DNA of 64,000 nt from the human T2T-CHM13v2.0 reference genome, Homo sapiens: the NCBI RefSeq assembly GCF_009914755.1, contig NC_060936.1; one strand, 5' to 3'. Both the position numbers and the translations under genes were made by a program. This document shows positions 35,258-51,231 of the stretch, piece by piece; within the stretch, counting starts at the first letter, position 1, and the number at the start of each line of letters is the position of its first letter. A model generated the notes under the pieces. That model did no database searches, had not been told where the DNA came from, and saw only the letters and a program-made list of their open reading frames with translations.

Positions 35258-36170
35258 GGCTGTTTTCCAATACCAACAACCAACTCTCTTGATTTCTGTG
35301 GACACCAACTGGGTGTCCTACAAATCAATTCAATTCTGACACTACCAGGATTAGCATCACATCCCACAAGTTATGGGCTCGGTCTTACAAACCGCCCCCA
35401 CTTAAGACACTAATTGAGTCCAGAACCTCTCATATTTCTGATGATGGAGTAGCCTACAGAACTTAGAAAAACAGTTGACTTTCTTGTGCTGATGAAGGAT
35501 CCACCTCATGAGCAGCCACATGGAAGCGATGCATAGGGCAAAGTATAGGGGAAGGGGCACAGAGCTCTTGTGCCCTCTCTAGGAACACCACCCTCTCTAG
35601 GAACACCACCCTCTCAGCATCTCGATGTGTTTGCCAACCTGGAAGTTCAAGAGTTTTTATAGAGCTGAATCTTGAGTCCCTTCTCCCCTTCCCAGAGGTT
35701 GGTGGTTAGGGTAAAAGTTTCAACACTCTAATCAGTTGATCTTTCTGGTAACCAGCTGTATCCTGAGGCTGTCTAGTGTTCCCACACCAAGTTACCTCAT
35801 TAACATAAACTCTGTTGACCCCGAAGTCTCTAGTGATCCTTCCACCTTAGCCTCCCAAGTAGTTGGGACTGTAGGTGCACGTCACCACTTCTGGCTAATT
35901 TTTAAATTTTTTGTAGAGACAGGGTCCCACTATGTTGCCCAGGCTAGCCTTGAACTGCTGGCCTCAAGTGATCTTCCAGCCTCAAGTGATCTTCCCACCT
36001 TGACCCCCCAGAGTGTTGGGATTATAGGTGTGAACTGCTGTGCCTGGCCCAAAGGACTCATTATAAATAACAAAAGACGGTCCTGTCGCTCAGGAAATTT
36101 TCCAAGAGTTTTAAGGGCTCTGAGCCAGCAACTGGCTGCAAAGCCCAAATGTATTTTTTCGTTATACCAT
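35258..36170 (-). mobile_element. MER21-like LTR with an inserted Alu fragment
   Basis: gacaccaactgggtgtcctacaaatcaattcaattctgacact...ctcaggaaattttccaagagttttaagggctc. Confidence 0.7.
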
Positions 36171-37535
36171 ATATTTAATATTATATTTGGTGATCTTCAC
36201 CTAATCATCTTCATTTACCTGGTCTTCTGTCAGTGGGAGCAGCCATTGAGACCATGTATGAAAACCCATTCCCTCATTCATACAGTTACATAGTATAGGA
36301 AACTATCACCTAAATATAAATACAGTGGCTTTGATCTGTAACCCAAAGAAAAAAATAACTTTACATCTCGATGACCCAGTGTGTGTGTATATATTTATAG
36401 GTACATATGCACATAAATAACTAAAACAAGTTACAGAAAGTAATATTCTTGCTAGGGTATAGTACAGAATATCTAATATTCTCTATTTCATTTTTAAAAA
36501 TTATTGTTCAGGACCCATAAACTGATTTCATCACTAGTGGGAGACACCACCGTTTTAAAAATATTTACCAATTGAAATTAGGTTTCTCTAAGGCTAATGT
36601 TTCTTTTACCTCATGTCAGCTTTTGTTTCATACATAATTGCTGTCAAATCATCTAGCAGTGCTTCCAGTTGATGTGCAATTTTCTTGTCTATTGGAGATA
36701 CTTGTCACAAGATGTTCACTACTATTTGTCCATTGCCATGTGTGAAACCTGCATCTGGTGCAACATGCTGATGGGAAGAGTGCCTGAAGTAACTCCCATT
36801 TTCCCAACAGTTTGGTAGAGAGCGTATGGACTTGGTGCTGCATCCATTCTAGAGTACTCTTGCTCCTTGTTGGCACTGTTACTTGTGATTACAAGGCCCT
36901 GAATTCATAAACTTAGAGATAAAAAACTTCCTCGAGCTTTGACCTTTTCAGTTACTTAATATTTTTCAAAATTCATATCATGCACTTGTACTCCAATTTT
37001 AATCTCTTTAGGGAACTTACATGATATAATTAAAGACTTGAAATACTCTCCTGTGTAACAGTAGATCAGATAAGGTACACAGTATGTTTTATCTTTTATA
37101 ATCACCGCTTTAATAGCAGATGTGCTATTAAATAGGAAAAGTGCCCTTCACGTGCCATTTTATAATTGCATATTATAAAATGATCACACCCTTAACTCAT
37201 CCTCTGCAATTTCTCAGTAGTATGGCACTTGACAAAGCACTTGCTCTCATTCTTCATAATAACCCCATGAAGGCTGCGGGGCATTTTTGTGTTGTTGCTG
37301 CTGTAAGAAAACAGGTTTGATTATCTAACTGATGGAATTTATATTTATTTAACCTATTTTTAGGAATGACCCCAAGTTGCATATATTCGGAAGCCTGCAT
37401 TTAATGTTTTAACTGTTTTTCTATTAAGTTTACTGATTTGTTATAGGTTTGCAACTCTCAGAATATTTTGTTTATATTAGCAGGGCATTGAGATTGTTTA
37501 TTCTAAATGCATTTTTTTGTTTTGCAATCTTATAG

Positions 37536-37618
37536 GCCCTGGCCTATTTTGAGCAGTTAAAAATTTCCCCAGATGCCTGGCAGGTGTGTGCAGAAGCTCT
37601 AGCCCAGAGGACATACAG
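37536..37618 (+). CDS. XPOT: Exportin-T exon 3 (ALAYFEQLK...AQRTY)
   Basis: tatag|GCC ... AG|gtaatt; 83 nt; frame continuous. Confidence 0.96.
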
Positions 37619-39326
37619 GTAATTAAAAACAAAATTTGCATGACAATTTAAATTTCTGTGGACATGACAGGACTGTGAAATTTACCTGTATTTGGAAAGT
37701 GTTTTCATAAAAACATTTTATGACTTTTTTTTTTTTTTGCAAAGCCATTAACATATAGTCATTCCATGTAGAAATGAGAAAAGTAGTAAACCCAGTTTGG
37801 CCATTTCAGAATTAACTTTTCAGTAAAACCATCCTTTGGTATATATTGTGTACCTGTCACCAGATCCCAGCTGGAATAAAGTGCAGTAAAAACTTCCTTA
37901 TCTTATGATTGAGGGTGATAACTGCTTTCCTAAAACTTTGGTAAAGACGGTGATTGTAAATGATATATATCTTAATTTTAAAATTATTTATTTATTTTAT
38001 TATTATTATTATTTTTTTCTTGAGATGGAGTCTCGCTTTGTCGCCCAGGCTGAAGTGCAGTGGCGCAATCTAGGCTCACTGCAAGCTTCGCCTCCTGGGT
38101 TCTCGCCATTCTCCTGCCTCAGCCTCCTGAGTAGCTGGGACTACAGGTGCCCATCACCATGCCCGGCTAATTTTTTTGTATTTCTTTTTGGTGGAGACAG
38201 GGTTTCACTGTGTTGGCCAGGATGGTCTCGATCTCCTGACCTTGTGATCCGCCCGTCTCGGCCTTCCAAAGTGCTGGGATTACAGGCGTGAGCCACCGTA
38301 CCCGGCCTATATCTTAATTTTTAATTTTAACTTAAGGTATATAATCATTCGGTGACCAATCTTTTAATATTGGACCACAGTCTTTATCTTTGTATACTAA
38401 CTAGCATTCACTTTATTCGTAGGTTGGTCACACCTGTAACCCATCCTCTACAATTTCTAGCATGGGTCTCTGTACAATGAGTGACGATCCATAGATTTTT
38501 AAGATATTTGTCCCCGCCTCTCAAGTCTTCTGGTTATATAGGCCATGTCAAATATGTACAAGATTTTTTCCTTCTGCAGTGTGGCTTTCTATGAAATCTT
38601 TCTAAAGCATTCAACTAACTTTTTACGGAAATAGGAACTCTCTTATACTCACTTCATTGGCAGATTGTTGGTCTCTAGAAGATCTTTGTCAGTGTTTATA
38701 GCTGGCTAACTGCAACTCTGCCACTCCCCTAGAAAGACAGTTGGAAGTGGGTAATTGGTGTGTTGACTTTTGCCCCCATCTTGTATAAGCAAGGGTACCA
38801 TATTTGTAATTTAGTGTCCTGTACGAAACTTTGAAGTTGGACTGACAGTCCATGTGGCCCTGCTTGTTTTGGATTTGGCTACAATAGAACTACTGGGGTT
38901 GAATTTTAAGCAGGACTTGGACGACCATCTTTACTTTCACTCAGACTCTGTCTGTTCTGCCATTTGTAATTTTACACCTAACCTGTTATTGTAAAATGAA
39001 GGGACTGTTCCAGGAATCTTAATATCTGGAATTTAGAGGGATGGTTTGCTGCTTACAAAGCATTGTATTCAAGGTGCATCTTAATATCTTGGTTATTTTG
39101 CTTGTCAGATTTAATGGAAATTTTAAATATTGTGTAATATTTAGAGTTCTCATAGCTTTTTAAGTAAATGGATTTTAATGTCATAAAATGAGACCAGTAA
39201 GTATGAAACAAGCCAAAGGTCTAGTTTGAGAAACTTTTCTGCTGTATTACTCATTACTATTTTGCCTTTGATTTGTTTTCCTCAGTTCATATTCTGCTTA
39301 TCTCATTTTCTTTTTTTCTTTTTCAG

Positions 39327-39383
39327 TGATGATCATGTGAAGTTTTTCTGCTTTCAAGTACTGGAACATCAAGTTAAATACAA
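39327..39383 (+). CDS. XPOT: Exportin-T exon 4 (SDDHVKFFCFQVLEHQVKY)
   Basis: ttcag|T ... AA|gtaagg; 57 nt. Confidence 0.96.
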
Positions 39384-39489
39384 GTAAGGCTTTTCTTACT
39401 GTTTTGACTCAGATTTGCGGGGAGAGGTCATTTTTTTAATTTAATGTTTTTCTTCCATAAGGAAACCATAATACAGGTTGTAAATTCAC

Positions 39490-40320
<831 letters not shown>

Positions 40321-40674
40321 CTGACTTACTAATTAAGCAAAATAACAAATCACTACTGAGAGGATTCCTAGTTCACCTATTGGTTTATTCTGTAGATCAC
40401 AGACCACAAAACATTTTCATTCGAAAAATTGTGTAGCCATCATTTGTTTCAACATGAACAGAATCACAAATTAAAGATTGATATTGATGCCCTACCTGCC
40501 ACTCTTGTCCTTATCTTTAAAGCAATGATGAGTGGCATTATCAGTTTATGTTAGGGAACTTCAGATAATTGAGAGCTATACAAATTTTCCCTTTCAAATA
40601 TATGAGGCTGTTATTTTTTACAACCATAGACACCAAATATAGCCATTATTCTTTTTCTTCTCTATTTTGAACAG

Positions 40675-40744
40675 ATACTCAGAACTAACCACTGTTCAAC
40701 AACAGCTAATTAGGGAGACGCTCATATCATGGCTGCAAGCTCAG
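40675..40744 (+). CDS. XPOT: Exportin-T exon 5 (YSELTTVQQQLIRETLISWLQAQ)
   Basis: aacag|A ... CAG|gtaaaa; 70 nt. Confidence 0.96.
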
Positions 40745-41504
40745 GTAAAATCATAATTTCATTCAGTACCTCAAATTATTAGATATTTAAACTTATTTTT
40801 TGCAAGAGTTTGGAACTTTACCTCAAAGATTTTCATCAGTGTTCCTCCATTTGATTTCATAGCTTTTTTAAAAGGTGCTGGTTTTAAAGATCATGGAAGT
40901 GGTAGTTTAGCAATAATTTAATATTATATCAATGACTGAAATGGTCATAGTTTCCATGACACATTGTGGAAACTTTGGTTTTAAAATGTAGTTGTTTTTA
41001 ACTACTTGACAAATGCTGCTTTCTGTTTGGCTCTTAAAGGTGAGCCCTCCTGGACAGCCTCTCCACCAGAGCCCTTTATAAAGGGCCAGTTGAGTTCTTT
41101 TCAGTTAATTTTAGCTAATCTTAACACATAAAGCAGTTGTGTAGCTAGAGTTTTCATTTTCCTTAAAGAGCAAGTAGAGGAAAATTTTTTTTTCTTCTTA
41201 GAAGAAATTATAGGAACTATTAAAACTCTGCACATGAAACTTTTCTGTCAAAGTGTAAGAATGAGGAATAATCATTACAGCCTTTAATGGTTCATTTAAT
41301 TGTTCTTCATCTGGTCAATCACTTAAATACTTTTGATAATTTTGATAATCATAATTATCAAAATAATTTTGAAGAGTATTTGTTGCATAGTTTATCTGGG
41401 CCATGTTGACATTTGATGAAACTTTGCCTTTTAATAAGACAACTGGTGTTTCTGGGTCTTTTCAATTTACATTTAATTTTATGGACTGTTTCTCTGTTTG
41501 TCAG

Positions 41505-41723
41505 ATGCTGAATCCCCAACCAGAGAAGACCTTTATACGAAATAAAGCCGCCCAAGTCTTCGCCTTGCTTTTTGTTACAGAGTATCTCACTAAGTGGCCC
41601 AAGTTTTTTTTTGACATTCTCTCAGTAGTGGACCTAAATCCAAGGGGAGTAGATCTCTACCTGCGAATCCTCATGGCTATTGATTCAGAGTTGGTGGATC
41701 GTGATGTGGTGCATACATCAGAG
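41505..41723 (+). CDS. XPOT: Exportin-T exon 6 (MLNPQPEK...DVVHTSE), GC donor
   Basis: gtcag|ATG ... GAG|gcaagt; 219 nt; only this junction keeps frame with exon 7. Confidence 0.95.
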
Positions 41724-41848
41724 GCAAGTAACTAACCATGAATTTTTTATATTTAATGTAAGTTTTGTAGGTGATAATGGGCACATAATAAAAAGAGCAG
41801 GGAAGTTTTCTTTCTTGAGGTAAACTTTCTTAAGTTATATAATTATAA

Positions 41849-42265
<417 letters not shown>

Positions 42266-42698
42266 TAGTGACATACACGAGTTGATTTTCTTTTATGAAT
42301 CTGTTGAGAAAGGTAGTCTCAATTTAATACTGCTATATAGTCCCTGAGCAAGGAAGAAGCATTGCTTAGGAGTTGTCCGTGTTGCTACTTCTGTATTCTT
42401 CATCACATAGTGTAAGTACTATGTTACTATATTGAGAAATAACTTAAAATATGCTTAAGATTTCTAAGCAGTGCTTTTTATAGTTTGTATTTACTAAGAA
42501 ATTAACTCTGACACTGAGGAGTAGAACAGAAAGAGGAAATACAAAGAATCACAGGATATGATCTTAGAGCTGGTAAATAGGAAATACTGGTAGGGAATGT
42601 GTTAACAAGTCTGAAAGTTTACTCTCTGCAAGTATATTCAGATATCAAACATGATTTTGTAAGGTAATCTACTTTGCATTTGGCGTTTTGTATTTTAG

Positions 42699-42883
42699 GA
42701 GGCTCGTAGGAATACTCTCATAAAAGATACCATGAGGGAACAGTGCATTCCAAATCTGGTGGAATCATGGTACCAAATATTACAAAATTATCAGTTTACT
42801 AATTCTGAAGTGACGTGTCAGTGCCTTGAAGTAGTTGGGGCTTATGTCTCTTGGATAGACTTATCCCTTATAGCCAATGATAG
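42699..42883 (+). CDS. XPOT: Exportin-T exon 7 (EARRNTLIKD...SLIAND)
   Basis: tttag|GAG ... AG|gtaagt; 185 nt. Confidence 0.96.
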
Positions 42884-42981
42884 GTAAGTATGCCTATTAT
42901 TTTTATAGTATAAACTTGTAAAATACAGTATCTAAAACTCATGACTTTGAAAATGTTACAATTTTATTGTCCCATTACCAG

Positions 42982-43150
42982 GTTTATAAATATGCTGCTA
43001 GGTCATATGTCAATAGAAGTTCTACGGGAAGAAGCATGTGACTGTTTATTTGAAGTTGTAAATAAAGGAATGGACCCTGTTGATAAAATGAAACTAGTGG
43101 AATCTTTGTGTCAAGTATTACAGTCTGCTGGGTTTTTCAGCATTGACCAG
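42982..43150 (+). CDS. XPOT: Exportin-T exon 8 (FINMLLGH...FFSIDQ)
   Basis: accag|G ... CAG|gttggt; 169 nt; preceded by a 98-nt intron. Confidence 0.96.
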
Positions 43151-43397
43151 GTTGGTAAATTTATATAAAACATTGTATGTAAAGTTGTTAGAACAAACTG
43201 GGATAGGTACTAAGTTAAATATAATAATAGCTTTTTTTCTTCTAAATGTTATAAACTCCCCTTGAGATTATAATATAAACCACTGCATCTAGCCAAAATG
43301 TTCTCAGTAGCATTCTCCTTGGAGAATGGGTTATACCAGTTCTTAAACCTGAAAGCCTGTAATTGCACATTTCTCACAAACTCTTAGGAGATGCTGA

Positions 43398-43667
<270 letters not shown>

Positions 43668-43863
43668 TAATCCACCCACTTCGGCCTTCCAGAGTGCTGG
43701 GATTACAGGCATAAGCCACCGTGCCCAGCCTGGAATTGTTAAATATATGACGTCATTTTAAAATTGAATCCTGTAATTAGCACTTGATTCATATTAAAGT
43801 TCAGTTTTTCCTCTTAGCTTGGGCAGGCAGTTTTAAACAGAGATGTGTCTTGATTGCTTATAG

Positions 43864-44100
43864 GAAGAAGATGTTGACTTCCTGGCCAGATTTTCTAAGT
43901 TGGTAAATGGAATGGGACAGTCATTGATAGTTAGTTGGAGTAAATTAATTAAGAATGGGGATATTAAGAATGCTCAAGAGGCACTACAAGCTATTGAAAC
44001 AAAAGTGGCACTGATGTTGCAGCTACTAATTCATGAGGATGATGATATTTCTTCTAATATTATTGGATTTTGTTACGATTATCTTCATATTTTGAAACAG
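43864..44100 (+). CDS. XPOT: Exportin-T exon 9 (EEDVDFLAR...LHILKQ)
   Basis: tatag|GAA ... CAG|gtaagt; 237 nt. Confidence 0.96.
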
Positions 44101-44460
44101 GTAAGTTTTTGTTTTATTCTTTTTGCTCAATACATAATACAAAGGAGCCATGGAGAAGTGGAAAATATGGAAAAATTAAAAATGAGAAAATACCCATAAT
44201 TCTACTACCTAAAGATATTTACTGTTAAATACTAATGTATTTCCATCTTAAAAAAAAAAGAATTGGCCAGAAAATAGTTTCAGGTTCTAAATTCAGTAGA
44301 CTAACCAGCTTCAGAGGTAGTTATAGGTTTAGGTTTTTTTTTTTATTTTGAACCTGTCTTTATTTGTGAATACAGTTGAAATTTTCATAAGCATGGTTTG
44401 TTATTTTAATTTACATATACATCATTCATTTCTCATAAACAATTTTTTTTTCTTTTTTGA

Positions 44461-44619
<159 letters not shown>

Positions 44620-45628
44620 TAGTAGACAGGGTTTCTCCATGTTGGTCAGGCTGGTCTTGAACTCCCTACCTCAGGTGATCTGCCCACCACAGCCTCCCAA
44701 AGTGCTGGGATTACAGGTGTGAGCCACCACGCCCGGCAACAATTTTTTACAATTAAAGTTTCCCCCACTTCCAGAAAGAACTTGTAGGTGGTGTTAGTCT
44801 CCATATTATAGCATTTAGCAATTAAAATAATTAGTAACTTATCAATATGATATTAGATGAAAGCCATTTCTGTATATTTACTTTGAATTAATTGAGTCAA
44901 GTCAAACTTAAAATATGTTCCCAAATGACTTTAGTTTCTGTTTTATTGTAGTAAACATAACATGTATCTTTATGTATACTTCAAGAAATTTTATGCAGTG
45001 TGGAAAGGTATGATCACTATTGGTAATTCCATTGTATATCTCTTAATGGTTTTGTAGGCTTGTTTTGCTTTGTTTAAAAACCTTTGCAGAATATGTTATA
45101 GGTGTCTTTGTCTACATGTCAAGTTACTTACTAGAAGTGGCATTACTTGATCTTAGGTTAGGTATATTTTAAATATAGGCAGCTGCTGCTAAACTGCCCT
45201 CCAAAAAAGTTGTGTGCATGTTTTCAAAGATCTTGATTGATTACAGGCCAGGCATAATGGCTGTCACCTGTAATCCCAGCACTTGGTAAGGCTGAGGCGG
45301 GAGGATTGTTTGAGGCCAGGAGTTTGAGACCAGCCTGGGCAACATAGGAAGACTCCATTTCTATAAATAATAAAAAGAAAACTAGCCAAGTGTGGTGGCA
45401 CATGCCTGCGGTCCCAGCTAACTTGGGAGGGTGAGGTGGGAGGATCTCTTGAGCCAGGGAGTTGGGGGTTGCAGTGAGCCATGACTGCGCCACTCCAGCC
45501 TGGGCAACAGAGCAAGACCTTGTCTCAAAAAAAAAAAAAAAAACCAGGTCTTAATTGATTCGAAAAATGTTCTGATATGCAGGTATAACTTTAGAAAACC
45601 TAATAAGTTATTGCTTCCTTTTTAACAG

Positions 45629-45667
45629 CTTACAGTGCTCTCGGATCAGCAAAAAGCTAATGTAGAG
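45629..45667 (+). CDS. XPOT: Exportin-T exon 10 (LTVLSDQQKANVE)
   Basis: aacag|CTT ... GAG|gtaatt; 39 nt. Confidence 0.95.
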
Positions 45668-45805
45668 GTAATTGACTTTATGCTTCTTTTAAACCAATGA
45701 TAGATTTTTAGTCTGTAATTTGCCTTGAAATGTAGCTTAATTTCAAATTATATCAAATTAGAAGGAGACTGACAAAAACTCTTTTATTCTCAATTTTATT
45801 CTTAG

Positions 45806-45868
45806 GCAATCATGTTGGCCGTTATGAAAAAATTGACTTACGATGAAGAATATAACTTTGAAAATGAG
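45806..45868 (+). CDS. XPOT: Exportin-T exon 11 (AIMLAVMKKLTYDEEYNFENE)
   Basis: cttag|GCA ... GAG|gtaaga; 63 nt. Confidence 0.96.
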
Positions 45869-46036
45869 GTAAGAATTTTTTTTTGTTGAGGAGAAAGGAG
45901 TTTTAATTTTATTATTATATCAAATTAATATTTCAAGTTCTTATTGTTTCGGGGCCCTTTAAAACATGAAGTTCTTGAAAAATTAGTCTGTTTATATTGA
46001 CACCAACCTTGGGTGAAATTAATAGAAGCCTCTTAA

Positions 46037-46405
<369 letters not shown>

Positions 46406-47079
46406 TAGCACTGAACATAGTAAAATATTGATAATATTATTGGTGATCATATTTCACTTTATATTTTGTAAGAATGATGAACTCCAGTCACAAGACTGTA
46501 TTGGCAGAGTGGAAATGAGGCGCTCTAGACTTGTTCCAGTTAAAGGTCTTTTTCAAGATTGTGAGTGGGTCAGCTTCCCATCAAACAAGGGCCATTGGTG
46601 CTTTCTAGGTATTCAGTCATGGTATTTGCTGCTAAGCTTTGTTCTAAAGTGTTGTATTCCCCCACCTCAGACATTCAAAAACTTAGGGTTGTAAAAGGAT
46701 AATAGTGGTGCTGACCAACACACTGCGCACCTGGGATGTGCCAGGCTCCTAAGATTGAATATCTCCAGTTATACCATATTATTACCACTTTTTACAGTGG
46801 ATATTGACTTACAAGAATAAATAAGGTGCAAAGAATTCAAAGCCCATTCTAGTGCTAGAGTATTGTCTTTAACCTTCTTAGACTATTTCTAGCTCTAGGC
46901 TTTTGAGGTCTACGGCTTTGTGCAGAAATACTTATTTGTGAGCTGGAGGGAAGAAGTTATTAAGCTTAATAAGTTTTTCTATATAAATAGTGACAAAAAT
47001 AAAAGTACGAAATATGTAAATGCGGAAAAATACAGGAGAACTGGATATTTACATGAATTTTAAGGTCTTTTAAGTTTTT

Positions 47080-47185
47080 AATTTTTATTATTATACTTTA
47101 AGTTTTGGGGTACATGTGCAGAACGTGCAGGTTTGTTACATAGGTATACATGTAGCCATGGTGGTTTGCTGCGCCGATCAACCCA
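47080..47185 (-). mobile_element. Heavily 5'-truncated L1PA 3' end
   Basis: attatactttaagttttggggtacatgtgcagaacgtgcaggtttgttacataggtatac; TSD taagttttt (47071-79, 47186-94). Confidence 0.85.
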
Positions 47186-47222
47186 TAAGTTTTTTGAATG
47201 AGGATTTTAACCTGTATCATAG

Positions 47223-47347
47223 GGTGAAGATGAAGCCATGTTTGTAGAATATAGAAAACAACTGAAGTTACTGTTGGACAGGCTTGCTCAAGTTTCACCA
47301 GAGTTACTACTGGCCTCTGTTCGCAGAGTTTTTAGTTCTACACTGCA
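47223..47347 (+). CDS. XPOT: Exportin-T exon 12 (GEDEAMFVEY...FSSTL)
   Basis: catag|GGT ... CA|gtaagt; 125 nt. Confidence 0.96.
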
Positions 47348-47661
47348 GTAAGTTTGTCATTACTTTTGTAACAAGCCTACTTCTTTCTTTTGCTCTTTGA
47401 TATGGGTCAAAATAAATGATTCATATGACTTATTAATCCATGTTACTTATTGAGATCTTATGTGTATCTCTGGAAACAATGCACTTGTCTTCTTGATTTA
47501 TCTTGATCCTTTCTACCTTTGTGATGTATTGCCTGGGAAAGTTAACAGTTGCTATGACTTTTTAATAATTAAAAAGGCTTTTGTTGGTGTCTTACCCTGT
47601 GCATAATTTGCTGTATGAAAAATTTATCTTTAAATCTCACTGACATATTATACCTTGGTAG

Positions 47662-47806
47662 GAATTGGCAGACTACACGGTTTATGGAAGTTGAAGTAGC
47701 AATAAGATTGCTGTATATGTTGGCAGAAGCTCTTCCAGTATCTCATGGTGCTCACTTCTCAGGTGATGTTTCAAAAGCTAGTGCTTTGCAGGATATGATG
47801 CGAACT
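47662..47806 (+). CDS. XPOT: Exportin-T exon 13 (NWQTTRF...DMMRT)
   Basis: ggtag|G ... ACT|gtaagt; 145 nt. Confidence 0.96.
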
Positions 47807-47961
47807 GTAAGTATACTGGAGATAATTTTGACCATAAATTTCTGTTTTCAGTATAAGCTAATGGGAGTTCCTTAATTGTTAGAGCTTAGTATATGTTAAT
47901 ACCGGGGCATTTTGATGTTGCAATAAATAAGAAGAGGTTTCCTAACTTTTTCCTGATCTAG

Positions 47962-48081
47962 CTGGTAACATCAGGAGTCAGTTCCTATCAGCATACATCT
48001 GTGACATTGGAGTTCTTCGAAACTGTTGTTAGATATGAAAAGTTTTTCACAGTTGAACCTCAGCACATTCCATGTGTACTA
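47962..48081 (+). CDS. XPOT: Exportin-T exon 14 (LVTSGVSS...HIPCVL)
   Basis: tctag|CTG ... CTA|gtaagt; 120 nt. Confidence 0.96.
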
Positions 48082-48438
48082 GTAAGTACTCTGGATTTTT
48101 GTTACTTTCCATGGGTTTCAGCTAATGACTTGATAGTGTAGTATTGTATTTTTCTGTCTATAACTTTTCTCAGAATCAAAACCTCTCAGAAGTGCTTGGC
48201 ACACACTGAAAGTAACCCCTCCTCCATTTCTTTTAAATGGATAGTTTGTGCCCAATTAGTCAACTAAAACAAGTTCTCAAGGGACTGTTTGTGTGTAGTT
48301 TAGAATTACTCGTATATTCCTAGTCCCTGCCTTTTAGGAGCTAAGAAGTAAAATTTGGTGTGAACAAAAATGTAGCAGGACAATATCAACAAAACCCTTG
48401 AAAAAATGCAGAAATAGTAAAAGTGTCTCCTTCTTTAG

Positions 48439-48533
48439 ATGGCTTTCTTAGATCACAGAGGTCTGCGGCATTCCAGTGCAAAAGTTCGGAGCAGGACGGC
48501 TTACCTGTTTTCTAGATTTGTCAAATCTCTCAA
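48439..48533 (+). CDS. XPOT: Exportin-T exon 15 (MAFLDHRG...FVKSL)
   Basis: tttag|ATG ... AA|gtaagt; 95 nt. Confidence 0.96.
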
Positions 48534-48596
48534 GTAAGTATAAAATTGCAGCTATTATGTTTAGTTATTTTTTAAGTTACTGGATAGATGTAAAAC

Positions 48597-49642
<1,046 letters not shown>

Positions 49643-49654
49643 GTAGACATATAA

Positions 49655-49924
<270 letters not shown>

Positions 49925-50675
49925 TAGTAGAGATGGGGCTTCACCATGTTGGTCAGGCTGGCCTTGAACTCCTGACCTGAGATGATCCACCCTCTTCAGC
50001 CTCCCAAAGTGCTGGTATTACAGGCATGAGCCACCGCGCCCAGCCCCCTTTTTATGTTGCCACTTCCTTTCCTGCTCATCAGCCAAGTACTTAGTTCAAT
50101 AGTAAAAGTTTTCATTGTTTTTTGTTGTTATTTTTTTGAGATGGGGGTCTCATGCTGTCGCCTAGGCTGGAGTATAGTGGCTGGATCCCAGTTCACTGCA
50201 ACCTCAACCTCCTCAGGCTCAGGTGATCTTCCCACCTCAGCCCCCTGAGCACCTGGGACTACAGGCGTGTGACGATGGCCGGCTAATTTTTGTATTTTTT
50301 GTAGAATCAGTCTCACCACATTGCCCAGCCTGGTCTCAAATTCTTTAGCTCAGTCTTCCCACCTCGGCCTCCCAACGTGTTGGGATTACAGAAATGAGCC
50401 ACTGCACTTGGCCTGTATTATTCTTTACTAGTACTATTTTTTGCGAATGAAAACTACTCCTTATTAGGTTTATAAGATTGTAAGTCATTTTGACAATCTT
50501 ATCACTACAGAGCAGATAAAGGTAATTTTTAAAAATTAACCATAGCTAATCTTAATCAGAAGTGACTAGCCTACAACTGAACTTTTTTTTAGTTCTGTCT
50601 TAAAGGGGGAATTTGGTATTTTAGCACTGTTTTGAGCACTGTTATTAATTGTGATTTCCTTTTTCTGTTTTTCAG

Positions 50676-50745
50676 TAAGCAAATGAATCCTTTCATTGAG
50701 GATATTTTGAATAGAATACAAGATTTATTAGAGCTTTCTCCACCT
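50676..50745 (+). CDS. XPOT: Exportin-T exon 16 (KQMNPFIED...LSPP)
   Basis: ttcag|T ... CCT|gtaagt; 70 nt. Confidence 0.96.
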
Positions 50746-51231
50746 GTAAGTATCTGTCTCTTTAAGATATTTTACCCAGAATTCATTGAAGCCACACGTG
50801 CCATTAGCCTTGCCTTTGTTGGCATTTAAAAAAAAAAATTGGTGGTGGAGGGAAGTGTATGTGCAAAGATTAGTTCTATTTACCAAAATTCTGTTGACAT
50901 AGTAAACAAAACATAGTAATAGGAATCAAGAGTTGACAGATCAATTTGGCAGCATGGGGTATATTGTTAAAATGTTGAAGCATTTTATGAAGAAGAAAAA
51001 ATTCATTAAAGATGAGCTTGCTGTTAAAATGAAAAGTATATTAAAAATTTTAAAAACCAAAAGAAAATAAAAATTTAAAAAATTCAACTTCTAAATTATT
51101 CTGTTTAATCCTATAATTGTATTAGCCATTCTTAGCAGCTGCTACTGTTAGATCGAAGGTTTTCCCTGTCATTTCAGGCTTAGGGTAAAAAAAAAAATTA
51201 AGTGCTAGTCGATCTGAATATTTTGGTGTTG

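Noticed and set aside
35736-36293. 185-aa ORF
   Set aside because: Chimera of MER21 LTR and Alu sequence
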